Source of the DNA: Diplonema japonicum
Lineage: Eukaryota; Protista; Euglenozoa: Diplonemea
NCBI GenBank assembly: GCA_964019335.1
Contig: OZ025700.1
Location: 310,001-374,000 of the forward strand
DNA length: 64,000 nt
Direction of reading: 5' to 3'
Part shown: positions 23,450 through 34,611 of the stretch, piece after piece
Layout: the number at the start of each line of letters is the position of its first letter
Numbering within the stretch: position 1 is the stretch's first letter
The notes under the pieces: generated by a model
The model's input: only the letters and a program-made list of their open reading frames with translations
Database searches by the model: none
What the model was told of the DNA's origin: nothing
Position numbers and translations under genes: made by a program

Positions 23450-23779
23450 TCAGTAGTAGTACGCCCTGGGGCTCACGACAGTGTCGTAGTAGCGCGGAGA
23501 GGCCAAGGCATCGTAGTAACGAGGGGAGGTCGCCGAGGTGTAGTAAGCATCACGGATGCGCCTCGCAGAGGCATCGGCCTCCACACGAGCTGTCGCTGCA
23601 GCCACATCAGCAGCCACACCGTAGGTGGTGCTGTAGGCAGAGCTGTAGTAAGGTGTGTAGGCCAAGGAAGTGGTGTAGGGGACGGTGGCACGTGCAACAG
23701 CAAGGTCGGCCTCAGCACGAGCAACAGCAACATCAACAGAGGTCACCCTCGGGGACACAGGTGCGACGTAGTAGACCAT
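23450..23779 (-). CDS. Tyr/Ala-rich SPR-YY small protein, copy 3
   Basis: Same ORF as copy 2 with minor substitutions. Confidence 0.85.
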   Translation of the reverse strand: MVYYVAPVSPRVTSVDVAVARAEADLAVARATVPYTTSLAYTPYYSSAYSTTYGVAADVAAATARVEADASARRIRDAYYTSATSPRYYDALASPRYYDTVVSPRAYYY

Positions 23780-25261
23780 TTTATTTATATTATTTGGAGT
23801 GAAAAAAGAAGCTGTGTGGAAAACTGTGAATATATCCAAGTAAGAAAAAGTATTCAATATGAAAAAAAAAAGAAAAAAACTTAAAGTACAGGACAAGCCC
23901 CCCGCTAGAGGGCCGCCCTATGGGAGGGGGGGGGGGGTCTAAAATCTTGGCCCTATTTGGCATGTTGGATTTCACTCACAGGTTTTGGCATGTTGAAAAT
24001 TTTCGCTGTTAGTCCGGGTTTCGTCGCCGTAGGCCTTGGGCCTACGACAACGAACCCTTGTATTTCCCGCCCGCGGCCTGCGGCCGCGGTGCCACGACCG
24101 TTCCTCGGCCTTCGGCCTCGGAACCCACTGCCCTGACGCGGCCTTCGGCCGCGTTGCCCGTTAAAAGAAGTAATGCAGTGACTATTCACTATGAAAAACA
24201 AACTACTGACTTGTTGAGCGCTCCAAAAATCTCTTTTGTGAAAGGTACAAAAGCCTTTGGTATGCGTTCTTTTTCTTTCAATCGATTGTTATATGTACTT
24301 ATAAAATATTGCGCGCATTAGACGACACTGATTAAGCGACTGGCACCTTCCGAAGAAGGGCCTCCCATGTCCGCCGTGTTGAGCAGAGGATGCCCCGGGG
24401 CGGGCGTTCCAGTCTGATCATGTCGCACTATAATATATTTCTCATCTTCTAGAAGAAAATGAAGTTTTTGCCCTCGAAGAGCGCCGGGCCAGCACTCTTA
24501 CTTGCGTAAGGTGTTCTTCGGATGGCGCTGCCTGACGTTGTGCCATTGCAGCGTCGAGAAGAACAGCCAGTCAGTCGCCATGGAGTAGTGATCCTTTAAG
24601 GCTCTCCTATCTCCATGCCGCGTGTACTGTTGCCGTCTCTCGACGTCCCCCTTCGCCTTCCAGCCTTCCAAGTCAAACTGGCCATGAACCACGTGTTCCA
24701 ATGCCTCAAGTTCCACACCTTTTCTCCTGCAAAGCCACACACTTCTTGTAACACCCTTGTTTACTAGTGCCCTTAATTCCGTATGAAGAAAGGATCTTTG
24801 TATTATTATCATTTGGTCGATATATCATGAGTTTTAATTATAAACTTTCTTTGGCATGATTGCTTCCTTAACACGGTTATTGCATGGTTGTACTCATTAA
24901 AGACTAGTTTTCATTTGTGAGTAGTGCAGTGTTCCCTCTCAATGTTGCTGTTTCTTTTTTTTTTTTGTTTTCGTCGGATCAGCTACCTTGGAACGTCCAC
25001 ATACTTCCGCTATTCTATTCCATTTTAGAGGAGATGCACTCTTCTAGCAAGCTAGTGTAGATCACATTAGTGCTTCAAGGATTATCTGACGTTACCTGGT
25101 GCGGCTCTTCACAGGTCCCCACCCACTTCGCTATGGTTTCCTAATCGATTTCTCTTTTTTTCTTTTTTCACTCACTGAGGGCCTCATTATTTCCTCCGGC
25201 GACGACGGACGCAGCAGCAAACCCAGGCAGAGGTGGCAGGCACCTGCAGAACACGAACGAC

Positions 25262-25300
25262 CAATAAAGTACAGAAACTGTAGCTTTAGAATCATTGGTC
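25262..25300 (-). ncRNA. Spliced-leader (mini-exon) sequence, diplonemid type; probably the 5' end of a retroposed trans-spliced RNA rather than a functional SL RNA gene
   Basis: Minus strand reads GACCAATGATTCTAAAGCTACAGTTTCTGTACTTTATTG. The 3' CAGTTTCTGTACTTTATTG is the conserved kinetoplastid/diplonemid SL core. Followed by GTCGTT rather than GTATG; no Sm site seen. Confidence 0.88.
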
Positions 25301-25492
25301 TTACTTTTTCTTTTTCTTTTAGCCCGACCACTCACGTAACAGTCCGAGAAGGCCTCTCTTCGCGCCTCAGCTATGTCCGGGAACACCACATCAGCAACAC
25401 TCTTTGGCTGGGTTGCAGGTATTTTAAAAGAATTGGTTTTTGTGATATAATGATGGGAAAAGAGCTGTAAGAAATGTGGTGAGAATATGTTG

Positions 25493-25788
25493 TTGAGCAT
25501 TAATGAAACTAAGGGGGCCCAATTGGGCACTTCCGGGACTAAGGGGTACTTTGAGCATTTATGAAACTAAGGGGACCGAATTCGAGATCTAAAAACTTAC
25601 GGGTCAAGTATGAGGTTCTTTTTGAAGACTTGGGGTACTACGCAGAGATTTAGGAAACCTTGGGGACAGGACCAGAAACCCTTCCTTCCTTAAAGATAGA
25701 CCTTGAACATTGCTCAAACTAAGGGGGAAACTAAGGGGGTGGATTTTGAGCATTTCTCCGAACTTTGGGTCAAGTCAGCAGTTTTCTC
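25493..25788. repeat. Mutator-like long TIR arm with ~30-bp-periodic AACTAAGGGG motif
   Basis: Motif variants at about 25507, 25538, 25565, 25594, 25627, 25656, 25717, 25729 and 25761, ending in ...cagttttctc. Partner arm not found. Confidence 0.5.
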
Positions 25789-27528
25789 TTTTTTTTTTCC
25801 CACAAGGGAGGGATCTACAACCACCCCTCGCAATTCCGTTCGCTTCCGCTCCTGTGGCAAAGCACAGGCGGACCCAAAGAATGAAAAGATGAAGAAAACA
25901 GTCGTTAACGCGCCAAAAACCTTGCACGCTCTGCAGGCCCTGGAGAGGCCCTCATTTCCCTTAAGAAAAAAAATGGGCTTGACAAAAATCTTGGAACGAT
26001 TTGGCATGTTGAATTTTCTCTTAGGAAACTCACGGCCCTGGAGAGCGTTGCAAGCTGCAAGGTACAAAAACATCGCGCATCATGGCTATTTCCGTTTCAT
26101 GCTTACTGTTCCGCGTAGCCGAGTATCCTGCTATTTTCGCTGCCTGGTTGACTCAGGACTCGTTCCACGGGTGCACGATGACAACAACAAGAACATGCGG
26201 GAGGAACACATAAACTACAGGAGGCTCCTCTGGAGGATGTCAGTCACCTTTATTGACACTTCCCTCTTCACCCGTTTTTCAGTTTTCTCGCTCTTATCCC
26301 TACGTGCAGTAACATTTCTGCCACCTGGGAAGAACACTTCCGCAGGTGTTGAGAGTATCTCGATCATCCCACGCCAGCTCCTGTCAACACCACGCGTCAC
26401 CACCTGCAGCCTCTCTACGGCTATCTACCACTGTTCTATTCCCACGTAAACAAGAACCCGTCTGTCATCACTGAATAGGCTTTATCATACGAGATGGAAC
26501 CTGTTTCTGCAGAATTCATCTTGTCCGCCACGTTTATTATTTTCACTGTGTTGTCCGACATCTCACTGAAGGCGTAGTCACCCTCACTCACGAGTACTGC
26601 CCCACTGAACTAATGGAGCCCTCTTGACGAGCTCTTGACCCGCGACGGCAGCCACAGCGAACAGCAACATTTTAGTTTGACAGAAGAGGAGGCGGGGAGG
26701 GGATCAATAAACCTATTTTAACTTTTAAAGAGGTCAAGAGTTGATTTATCAACTGGAACCAATAGTGCACGACGGTGCTTGGGGACATTCCTTAGTCGCT
26801 GGGGACATGAAGAAGATATTCCTGCTCGTTCTTGTTACTCCCTGCTTCCTTTGGAGTCCTTGTAGTGTCCAGAGACACAGGTACAAGATGTGTGCAGCAG
26901 AGCAGGACGGTTACGACACGCGTGAAGGGAGTGTACTATCTAATCTACAGTGACGGAAATGTTGCGGAGGCTGACTGCGATACATCTTTCTCCCAAGCAC
27001 CGGGAATACCACCTGTTGGTCATGGAGACTGTGACCACGGCAGCTACTAAGGTGTGGTGGAGGATATGCAGCGATTTCTGAACTTCAATCAGGAGGCCCC
27101 TCCAACGATCCTCAACGAAGGTATTGCAATACACGCCTCAAGAGGTCTTTGTTTGTTAGACAATGTGCCAAAGAGTTGAAAGCGAAATTAAAGCAAAAGA
27201 AAAAATAAAATAAAAATAAAAGTATAAGAAAAGCGGAAACATCCCCTCGGGTGGGCAGAGGGGTGAAGAGTCGGTACAAACAAACAAAGTTGCAACGAAA
27301 AGGAAGTCCTCCTAGCTAAAGGAGGGTCCCCCACCGTCGCTGTGTCATGTGGTGTGGGGGGAGGGAGTGAAACTGTTTTAAGGGTGCTACTTTGCACCTG
27401 TTTCTTTTCATCTTTTTTTTATTGTATCTTCTTTGGTTCGCATGTTTGGTTTAATACAAGAATAAACAACCACACCCTGTTATAAGGTGTTCAGGAAGTG
27501 GTTGTCTGTGAAACTATCCCCCTTGCCT

Positions 27529-27858
27529 TCAGTAGTAGTACGCCCTGGGGCTCACGACAGTGTCGTAGTAGCGCGGAGAGGCCAAGGCGTCGTAGTAACG
27601 AGGGGAGGTCGCCGAGGTGTAGTAAGCATCACGGATGCGCCTCGCAGAGGCATCGGCCTCCACACGAGCCGTCGCTGCAGCCACATCAGCAGCCACACTG
27701 TAGGTGGTGCTGTAGGCAGAGCTGTAGTAAGGTGTGTAGGCCAAGGAAGTGGTGTAGGGGACGGTGGCACGTGCAACAGCAAGGTCGGCCTCAGCACGAG
27801 CAACAGCAACATCAACAGAGGTCACCCTCGGGGACACAGGTGCGACGTAGTAGACCAT
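27529..27858 (-). CDS. Tyr/Ala-rich SPR-YY small protein, copy 4
   Basis: Same ORF; G->S variant (TTYSVAAD). Confidence 0.85.
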   Translation of the reverse strand: MVYYVAPVSPRVTSVDVAVARAEADLAVARATVPYTTSLAYTPYYSSAYSTTYSVAADVAAATARVEADASARRIRDAYYTSATSPRYYDALASPRYYDTVVSPRAYYY

Positions 27859-28252
27859 TTTGTGTTTATAAGGTGTTTTAAGTGGAGTTGAAAGCTGTGG
27901 GTGTGCTGACATGAGAAGAACATGAAATAATAGAAATAAGTAAAAATTAAACTAAAAGCGGAAACACCCCTCGGGTGGGCAGAGGGGTGAAGAGTCGGTA
28001 CAAACAAACAAAGTTGCAACGAAAAGGAAGTCCTCCTAGCTAAAGGAGGGCCCCCATCCGTCGCTATGTCATGTGGTGTGGGGGAGGGAGGCGAATTGTT
28101 TAAAGGGTGCCACGTTGCACTTGTTTCTTTTTTTTTTTTAAATATTTTTTTTTTTGTTTCTTCGCATGTTTGGTTTAATACAAGAATAAACAACCACACC
28201 CTGTTATAAGGTGTTCAGGAAGTGGTTGTCTGTGAAACTATCCCCCTTGCCT

Positions 28253-28582
28253 TCAGTAGTAGTACGCCCTGGGGCTCACGACAGTGTCGTAGTAGCGCGG
28301 AGAGGCCAAGGCATCGTAGTAACGAGGGGAGGTCGCCGAGGTGTAGTAAGCATCACGGATGCGCCTCGCAGAGGCATCGGCCTCCACACGAGCTGTCGCT
28401 GCAGCCACATCAGCAGCCACACCGTAGGTGGTGCTGTAGGCAGAGCTGTAGTAAGGTGTGTAGGCCAAGGAAGTGGTGTAGGGGACGGTGGCACGTGCAA
28501 CAGCAAGGTCGGCCTCAGCACGAGCAACAGCAACATCAACAGAGGTCACCCTCGGGGACACAGGTGCGACGTAGTAGACCAT
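28253..28582 (-). CDS. Tyr/Ala-rich SPR-YY small protein, copy 5
   Basis: Same ORF, 109 aa. Confidence 0.85.
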   Translation of the reverse strand: MVYYVAPVSPRVTSVDVAVARAEADLAVARATVPYTTSLAYTPYYSSAYSTTYGVAADVAAATARVEADASARRIRDAYYTSATSPRYYDALASPRYYDTVVSPRAYYY

Positions 28583-29726
28583 TTTATTTTTGGAGTGAAA
28601 AGGGAAGGGTGTGTGGAAAACTGTGAATAAATGTCTTCAAGTTGCAAAGGCTGAATCGACGACAGCTCTTTCTCCCAAGCACCGGGAATACCACCTGTTG
28701 GTCATGGAGACTGTGACCACGGCAGCTACTAAGGTGTGGTGAGGGCATCGGGTTTAAGAACGTATGTAAAAACAAAAGAATAGAAAAAAAAACAATCAGA
28801 AAAAACCCCTCGGGTGGAGGGATAAAGCATCGGTACACACGAACAATGGTGCAACAAGAGGGAAGTCCTCCCAAAGAAGGCTCCCACCGTCGCTTGTCAT
28901 GTGGCGTGGGGGAGAAGGGGGGGAAAAAAAAATTACGAGAATTTAAAAAAAAGAAAAATTGAAATAAAGGGAGAAAGAGAGGGAAATAAAAACACGACAT
29001 TCGTTTCTTTTTTATAAAATACCGACCCTCCCACTTTTGTTCTCAATTAAGAAGTGGCAAAAGTTCTTTTTTTTTTTTTTTTTGCTGGATCTCTATAACC
29101 ATCCTTAAGTAGGAGGCTTCCCATAAAGGGGCACGTGGCTACGAGAAAATGAGGGTGGGCTAAAAGAAAAGAAAGAGAAAGTCGCAAAATGTGAGAGGGA
29201 GAAAAAAGAAGCTTTTGCTTGAGTGTGCAAGGGGCGGCACCGACACAAAAAGCAGGCATATGAGATTAGTTTTTTCTTCTTCTTCCTTCCTTTCCCCCCT
29301 CTTATCAAAGAAAGAAGTACAAAACAACCTCATAAAAGAAATCAGGGGAAAGGGGGGGGGGGTTATATTTTCAGGTTTGTGTTTCTGGAAGAAAAAGAAA
29401 ACAAAAAAAAAAAAGAAACATTAGGGAATTGGAGAAGCCGGCGATCGATGTGCAATTCCATGACACGGGTCATGTAAGTTTGCTGTCACCAAAATAAAAA
29501 AAATAAAAAACCTTTTATTTTTTTATATTTTCTCTCCCTGGTTCTTTTTTGTTTCCTTTCCCTCCCCTTTTTCAGTTTTTTTTTTTTTTTTTAAACAATG
29601 TGTTAACATAAGAAAGGATCTTCGGAAGTCCAGCCAACCCCCGACACAAGACATTTTGCGCGATAGGTCACAAAAAGGGAGGGGGAGAGGGAGTGGGGAG
29701 AAGTCAAACAAAGCTACCTTTCTTTT

Positions 29727-31433
29727 CTAGTTGCTGATTTTTTTGCACTCAGGTGCGTACCAGCACCTCCTCAGGCACCTGGCCCACCACCTGCTCTGCT
29801 GGTAGCACGCAAGCCCTGCCTCACAGCAGTTCGGGTTCTGCATGCACCCACCCCACATTCCGATCCTGCGTGCGCACTGGTTGTCAGCTGTGGGCACGGG
29901 AGTGGAAGCATCAGTCGGCATAGGGGTAGGCATAGGAGTGGGTGCAGGTGTCTTGCCAGCAGTGGGCATGGGAGTAGGCATAGGAGTAGGCATGGGTGTA
30001 GGCTCAGGAGTAGCATCAGGCTCGTTTGCAGGCTGAGGAGTGGGCATAGGCGTCGGCATAGGAGTGGGCATGGGTGTAGGCATAGGAGTGGGCATGGGAG
30101 TAGCATCAGGCTCGTTTGCAGGCTGAGGAGTGGGCATAGGAGTGGGCATGGGAGTAGGCATAGGGGTAGGCATAGGGGTGGGCATGGGAGTAGGCATAGG
30201 GGTGGGCATGGGTGTAGGCATGGGAGTAGAAGGAGGGTTGGGGTTACTGCCACTACTGCAGCCCCTTGTCTGGCTGACTGTGCGACCCACTGTCTGCGAC
30301 CAGTCACCGTTGGTGTCGTGGAGAGCGACCCAAAAGAAAGCCCCCCCGTTGCAAGGGTACTCTTTGTTCAGGTCGTTCATTACGCTGACAGCCTGCTGCG
30401 CGTTGCTGTTGGAGCCGGTGCCTGAGCAGTCGCTGATGCAGAACCCAAACACCACCTTCGTAGGGTCGTTCCCGAAGCAGTCCGTCACAAGGGTTTTGAA
30501 GTGCTGCAGGGCGGACTCGTGCACTCCCCCGTTGATCCCATCTGTGTTGGGGCGCGTCACCCCGTTGTAGTACTGCGGCATGAGGAAGTCCATGGAGCTT
30601 GCCACTTCCTTGATGACGTTGTAGTAGCCGGTCCCCTTCTTCATGTCGATGTCCATAGGGGCGTGCGAGACTTCCTTCCCGGAGGGGAGGCTCTGCCTCA
30701 GCCCGACTGTCACGTCCTTAAGGAACTTCTGAGCCTGGGCACCCTTAGCGAAGGAGGACCCCCTCTGACCGTTCTCGTAGTAGTACTCGTAGTCGATGTC
30801 CACCCCGTCGAAGCCCTGGCTCCTGGAGATGTCGACAAGCTGCTGGATGACGTAGTCCTCCTTCCCGTAGCAGTACTCCCAGCAGTCGTTGAGGCCGTCC
30901 CAAGAGCCACCCATGCCCGCTCCGCCGAATGACAGGATAACCTTTTTACCAGCAGCACGCCACTTGGAGATGAGGCCAGGGTTTGGCGCGTTGTTGCAGA
31001 CAGGGACAGGGGTGCTGATCTTGCACTGTTGGTTGCACTGGTTCTTGCCGGGTGCCCAAGTGTAGGTCACAGCGAAGGAAACGAGGATGTGGGTGTAGGC
31101 GTTCACCTGGGCGTCTGTGGGGCAGGCTTGCCAGTTCCCGACATACGCAATGAGCCTGCTGTCGTGCTCTGCCTTTGCACTAGGACCAGGAGGGGGTGTC
31201 GGGGGGTTGGGGGTCGGCTCCGGTGCGGGGACAGTCCCTCCCATACTCGGGCACCATGTTGCTCCATTTGCCGCACATGCACCTGCACTGCCGCCACCTG
31301 GGTAACACGGCTCTGCCCACCCTGATTTATAACAGGGTTCCCCTCTATTGATGCACCTTTGACAATCGGCCGTCGACTGCCCTGACGCAGCACCTACGAG
31401 CATTGCGAGTCCTAAAATCTTCATTGCCGTCAT
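29727..31433 (-). CDS. Secreted GH18 chitinase: signal peptide, Cys-rich N-module, GH18, (PTPM)n linker, C-terminal CBM1-like module
   Basis: [15 protein letters not shown] signal; KVILSFGG; catalytic FDGVDIDYE (DxxDxDxE); PQYYN; GAFFW; WGGC...[18 protein letters not shown]. Confidence 0.92.
   Translation of the reverse strand: MTAMKILGLAMLVGAASGQSTADCQRCINRGEPCYKSGWAEPCYPGGGSAGACAANGATWCPSMGGTVPAPEPTPNPPTPPPGPSAKAEHDSRLIAYVGNWQACPTDAQVNAYTHILVSFAVTYTWAPGKNQCNQQCKISTPVPVCNNAPNPGLISKWRAAGKKVILSFGGAGMGGSWDGLNDCWEYCYGKEDYVIQQLVDISRSQGFDGVDIDYEYYYENGQRGSSFAKGAQAQKFLKDVTVGLRQSLPSGKEVSHAPMDIDMKKGTGYYNVIKEVASSMDFLMPQYYNGVTRPNTDGINGGVHESALQHFKTLVTDCFGNDPTKVVFGFCISDCSGTGSNSNAQQAVSVMNDLNKEYPCNGGAFFWVALHDTNGDWSQTVGRTVSQTRGCSSGSNPNPPSTPMPTPMPTPMPTPMPTPMPTPMPTPMPTPMPTPQPANEPDATPMPTPMPTPMPTPMPTPMPTPQPANEPDATPEPTPMPTPMPTPMPTAGKTPAPTPMPTPMPTDASTPVPTADNQCARRIGMWGGCMQNPNCCEAGLACYQQSRWWARCLRRCWYAPECKKISN
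29915..30230 (-). repeat. Coding 12-nt tandem repeat (PTPM)n with duplicated PQPANEPDA insert
   Basis: ggcatgggagta/ggcataggggtg units within the chitinase linker. Confidence 0.9.
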
Positions 31434-31655
31434 CTTTTAAAAATCTGTGGTGTTGAGGTTTGTCTACAGTGGTTGAAAGAAAAAACAAAAACAAAAAAAG
31501 ATAAGTAGGGAGACGAATAGCATAAGAGTGCTTTGCACCTGGTCTTTATATCTTCTTTGGTTCGCATGTTTGGCCTAATACAAATAAAAACAACAACCAC
31601 ACCCTGTTATAAGGTGTTCAGGAAGTGGTTGTCTGTGAAACTATCCCCCTTGCCT

Positions 31656-31997
31656 TCAGTAGTAGTACGCCCTGGGGCTCACGACAGTGTCGTAGTAGCG
31701 CGGAGAGGCCAAGGCGTCGTAGTAGCGAGGGGAGGTCGCCGAGGTGTAGTAAGCATCACGGATGCGCCTCGCAGAGGCATCAGCCTCCACACGAGCCGTC
31801 GCTGCAGCCACGCTGTATGAGGGGCTGTACGCGGAGCTGTAGGCAGAACCGTAGGTCGAGCTGTAGTAAGGTGTGTAAGCAAGGGAAGAGGTGTAGGGGA
31901 CGGTGGCACGTGCAACAGCAAGGTCGGCCTCAGCACGAGCAACAGCAACATCAACAGAGGTCACCCTCGGGGACACAGGTGCGACGTAGTAGACCAT
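31656..31997 (-). CDS. Tyr/Ala-rich SPR-YY small protein, copy 6 (113 aa, variant central segment)
   Basis: Central YSSTYGSAYSSAYSPSYSV replaces YSSAYSTTYGVAADV; frame preserved. Confidence 0.85.
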   Translation of the reverse strand: MVYYVAPVSPRVTSVDVAVARAEADLAVARATVPYTSSLAYTPYYSSTYGSAYSSAYSPSYSVAAATARVEADASARRIRDAYYTSATSPRYYDALASPRYYDTVVSPRAYYY

Positions 31998-32426
31998 TTT
32001 ATGTTTATAAGTGGAAAACTGCGCAAAAAAGTGACGAAATGAGCGACATCGAAAATATGAATGGGAAAGCAGAGTGAGAAAATAAGGTACCAAAGCAACA
32101 TTTGTGCTCACCTTCATGTAGATTGGAAGCCTACTCTCTTACACGTCGGCCTTCCTTACTACATAGCTCTTCTGGAATCTTAGGAACTCACAGGAAGAAA
32201 AAGGGGGGAAGAAGGCCATCCAGTTAAAAAAAAAAAAAAGAATCGATTCTAAGAAACGTACCAAATAATGTTGGATCATGCGAACCTTTTCTTGACCGGA
32301 AACCAAGGGGGGAGATCTAAAATGGTACAGGGGCGGGTTTTCAACCTCATTAGAAATTCCCCTCGTCCTTTTTATTTTCTTTTTTTTCTTTTTTTTATTT
32401 TTATTTTTTCTATTGAAGCACGTAAC

Positions 32427-33557
32427 CTAGGCAGTTGCCATCAGCTGGAAGATGTCATCGACTTGACCGAAGCCGATTTTGAGAAGGAAGGTTGGGTCTC
32501 TTGCGTAGGCTTTGCCACCAGCCACGAAGAAGGAGGGCTCGGGGGTATTCAAGGTGGCCGCCCCACCTGAGACCTGCTGGAGGCAGTCTGCAGTGGCAGA
32601 CCCCCCACGGCTGGTCAAAAGGTACGCGGAAAGAGCCATGGGCCCCTCGGACCCGTAGCAGATGTGGTTGCGCAGCTCACGTGTAATTGACAGGTCAGGC
32701 TGGAAGCCGACCAGCGAGAAGAGCACGTCGTACTCCAGCGTGAAGGGGCCTTCCTTGCCTTCGAACACAACGGTGTCGGCGTGCACCTCTGTGAGAGACC
32801 CGACCCTCCTCTCCACCCCGTTGGCGAAGGAGGCCAGGTCGTTCCTCTGCGGCAGGGGGTCGTTGTCGATCAGCGTGAAGGGCGCCTTCTCCTTCCTGGT
32901 CACCCACACCACACTCTTCATCTCCCCGTACTTCTGCGTCAACATGAACTTCATCAGCGTGGCTGCGCTGTACCCCGCACCTATAACGACAGCCCGCTTA
33001 CCCGACAGGTCTGTCCCGTCGCGGGGGATCTCGCTCTGCACGCGCCCCAGTTTCCTTTGCTTCTTTTCCCCAATGGCGGGGATGCCACCTGTCCCAGGCG
33101 ACTTGAAGTTGCCGTAGCACCCCGAGGCGTCGATGAGCGTGTCGAAGGGTGTGAAGACCTGCTCCTCGCCGTCGACCTCTGCCAGCACGCGGAAGGGTGC
33201 CCCCTTGCGGTCCGTGTCGGACTTCAGAAGCCCCGCGCGCCCCACGTTCGTCACTGTGCAGTTCTTCACGATTCGAACGCCCTTCGCCACAAGGTGCGCT
33301 TCCACCTTCTCAAGGACAGCCGTGCGGTACTCCCCTCCTGTGGGGAACACCTCGTCGTCGACCACCACCACACGCCTCATCCGCTCCGAGAGGTTCAGCT
33401 TGTTCTTGCTGAATAGTTGCACGTCGCCCCACCTCCGCAGGTTCTCCCCCACAACGCTGCCCTTCTCCAACACAGTCACCTCCATCCCTTCCTCTACACC
33501 CTTCAGTGCCGCGTCCAGACCCACAGGCCCCCCGCCAATGATGCATAATTTCGTCAT
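32427..33557 (-). CDS. Bacterial-type FAD/NAD(P)-dependent oxidoreductase (flavoprotein monooxygenase-like)
   Basis: Two Rossmann motifs IIGGGPVG and VIGAGYSA; WGDVQLFS; IDASG; C-terminal PEPSFFVAGGKAYARDPTFLLKIGFGQV; intronless, high GC3. Confidence 0.85.
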   Translation of the reverse strand: MTKLCIIGGGPVGLDAALKGVEEGMEVTVLEKGSVVGENLRRWGDVQLFSKNKLNLSERMRRVVVVDDEVFPTGGEYRTAVLEKVEAHLVAKGVRIVKNCTVTNVGRAGLLKSDTDRKGAPFRVLAEVDGEEQVFTPFDTLIDASGCYGNFKSPGTGGIPAIGEKKQRKLGRVQSEIPRDGTDLSGKRAVVIGAGYSAATLMKFMLTQKYGEMKSVVWVTRKEKAPFTLIDNDPLPQRNDLASFANGVERRVGSLTEVHADTVVFEGKEGPFTLEYDVLFSLVGFQPDLSITRELRNHICYGSEGPMALSAYLLTSRGGSATADCLQQVSGGAATLNTPEPSFFVAGGKAYARDPTFLLKIGFGQVDDIFQLMATA

Positions 33558-33900
33558 CTTTCGTTGCCTCGGTCTCTCTGTGCGGGTGAGTCGTGGGCAG
33601 AATATGTGAGTTGACTAAAATAAAAGAAAAAGAAGAAGGAAAATCGGGCCATTGCGGCACCAAAAAAAAGCGACTTGAGAGGAAGGGAAAATGAGTGTAT
33701 GGTAAATACTCGTGGGGGGCTACGAGGGGGGATACAAACAAAGATTATAATTTTTTGTAGGCCTTCGAAAAGAGGGGCGCCCATGCTTCAGTAAAAAAGC
33801 TTTACCTCTGTGTTATAGGACCACAGAGGCAGGGACGGCTCTTTCGTGCACTGTGTGTGGGTGTCTTGTTATTGCACAACTTATAATTAATTTCCTCAAC

Positions 33901-34230
33901 TTAGTAGTAGTACGCCCTGGGGCTCACGACAGTGTCGTAGTAGCGCGGAGAGGCCAAGGCGTCGTAGTAACGAGGGGAGGTCGCCGAGGTGTAGTAAGCA
34001 TCACGGATGCGCCTCGCAGAGGCATCGGCCTCGGCACGGGCTGTCGCTGCAGCCACGCTGTATGAGGGGCTGTAGGTGGAGCTGTAGGCAGAGCTGTAGT
34101 AAGGTGTGTAGGCCAAGGAAGAGGTGTAGGGGACGGTGGCACGTGCAACAGCAAGGTCGGCCTCAGCACGAGCAACAGCAACATCAACAGAGGTCACCCT
34201 CGGGGACACAGGTGCGACGTAGTAGACCAT
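33901..34230 (-). CDS. Tyr/Ala-rich SPR-YY small protein, copy 7 (variant central segment, TAA stop, unique 3' flank)
   Basis: YSSTYSPSYSVAAATARAEAD variant, 109 aa. Confidence 0.85.
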   Translation of the reverse strand: MVYYVAPVSPRVTSVDVAVARAEADLAVARATVPYTSSLAYTPYYSSAYSSTYSPSYSVAAATARAEADASARRIRDAYYTSATSPRYYDALASPRYYDTVVSPRAYYY

Positions 34231-34611
34231 TTTGTGTTTATAAGGTGTTTTAAGTGGAGCTGAAAGCTGTGGGTGCTGACATGAGAAAATAATGGAAATA
34301 AGTAAAATATAAGAAAAGCGGAAACACCCCTCGGGTGGGCAGAGGGGTGAAGAGTCGGTACAAACAAACAAAGTTGCAACGAAAAGGAAGTCCTCCTAGC
34401 TAAAGGAGGGCCCCCCACCGTCGCTGTGTCATGTGGTGTGGGGGGAGGGAGTGAAACTGTTTTAAGGGTGCTACTTTGCACCTGTTTCTTTTCATCTTTT
34501 TTTTTTGTATCTTCTTTGGTTCGCATGTTTGGTTTAATACAAGAAACAACAACCACACCCTGTTATAAGGTGTTCAGGAAGTGGTTGTCTGTGAAACTAT
34601 CCCCCTTGCCT

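Larger units (their letters stand above)
23890..27187. mobile_element. Composite insertion of transposon/retroposon relics interrupting the array
   Basis: Non-array sequence with GC hairpin cluster (24020-24160), duplicated aaaatcttgg....atttggcatgttg (23941, 25985), SL relic, periodic aactaagggg repeats and broken reading frames. No intact transposase seen. Confidence 0.5.

Noticed and set aside
23882-23891. 10-nt match to SL core (CTGTACTTTA) upstream of copy 3 at the insertion junction
   Set aside because: Too short; a similar match occurs by chance inside IDH (~38008).
24498-24812. 104-aa ORF as transposase
   Set aside because: No DDE, HUH or RT motif recognisable; may be a decayed fragment.
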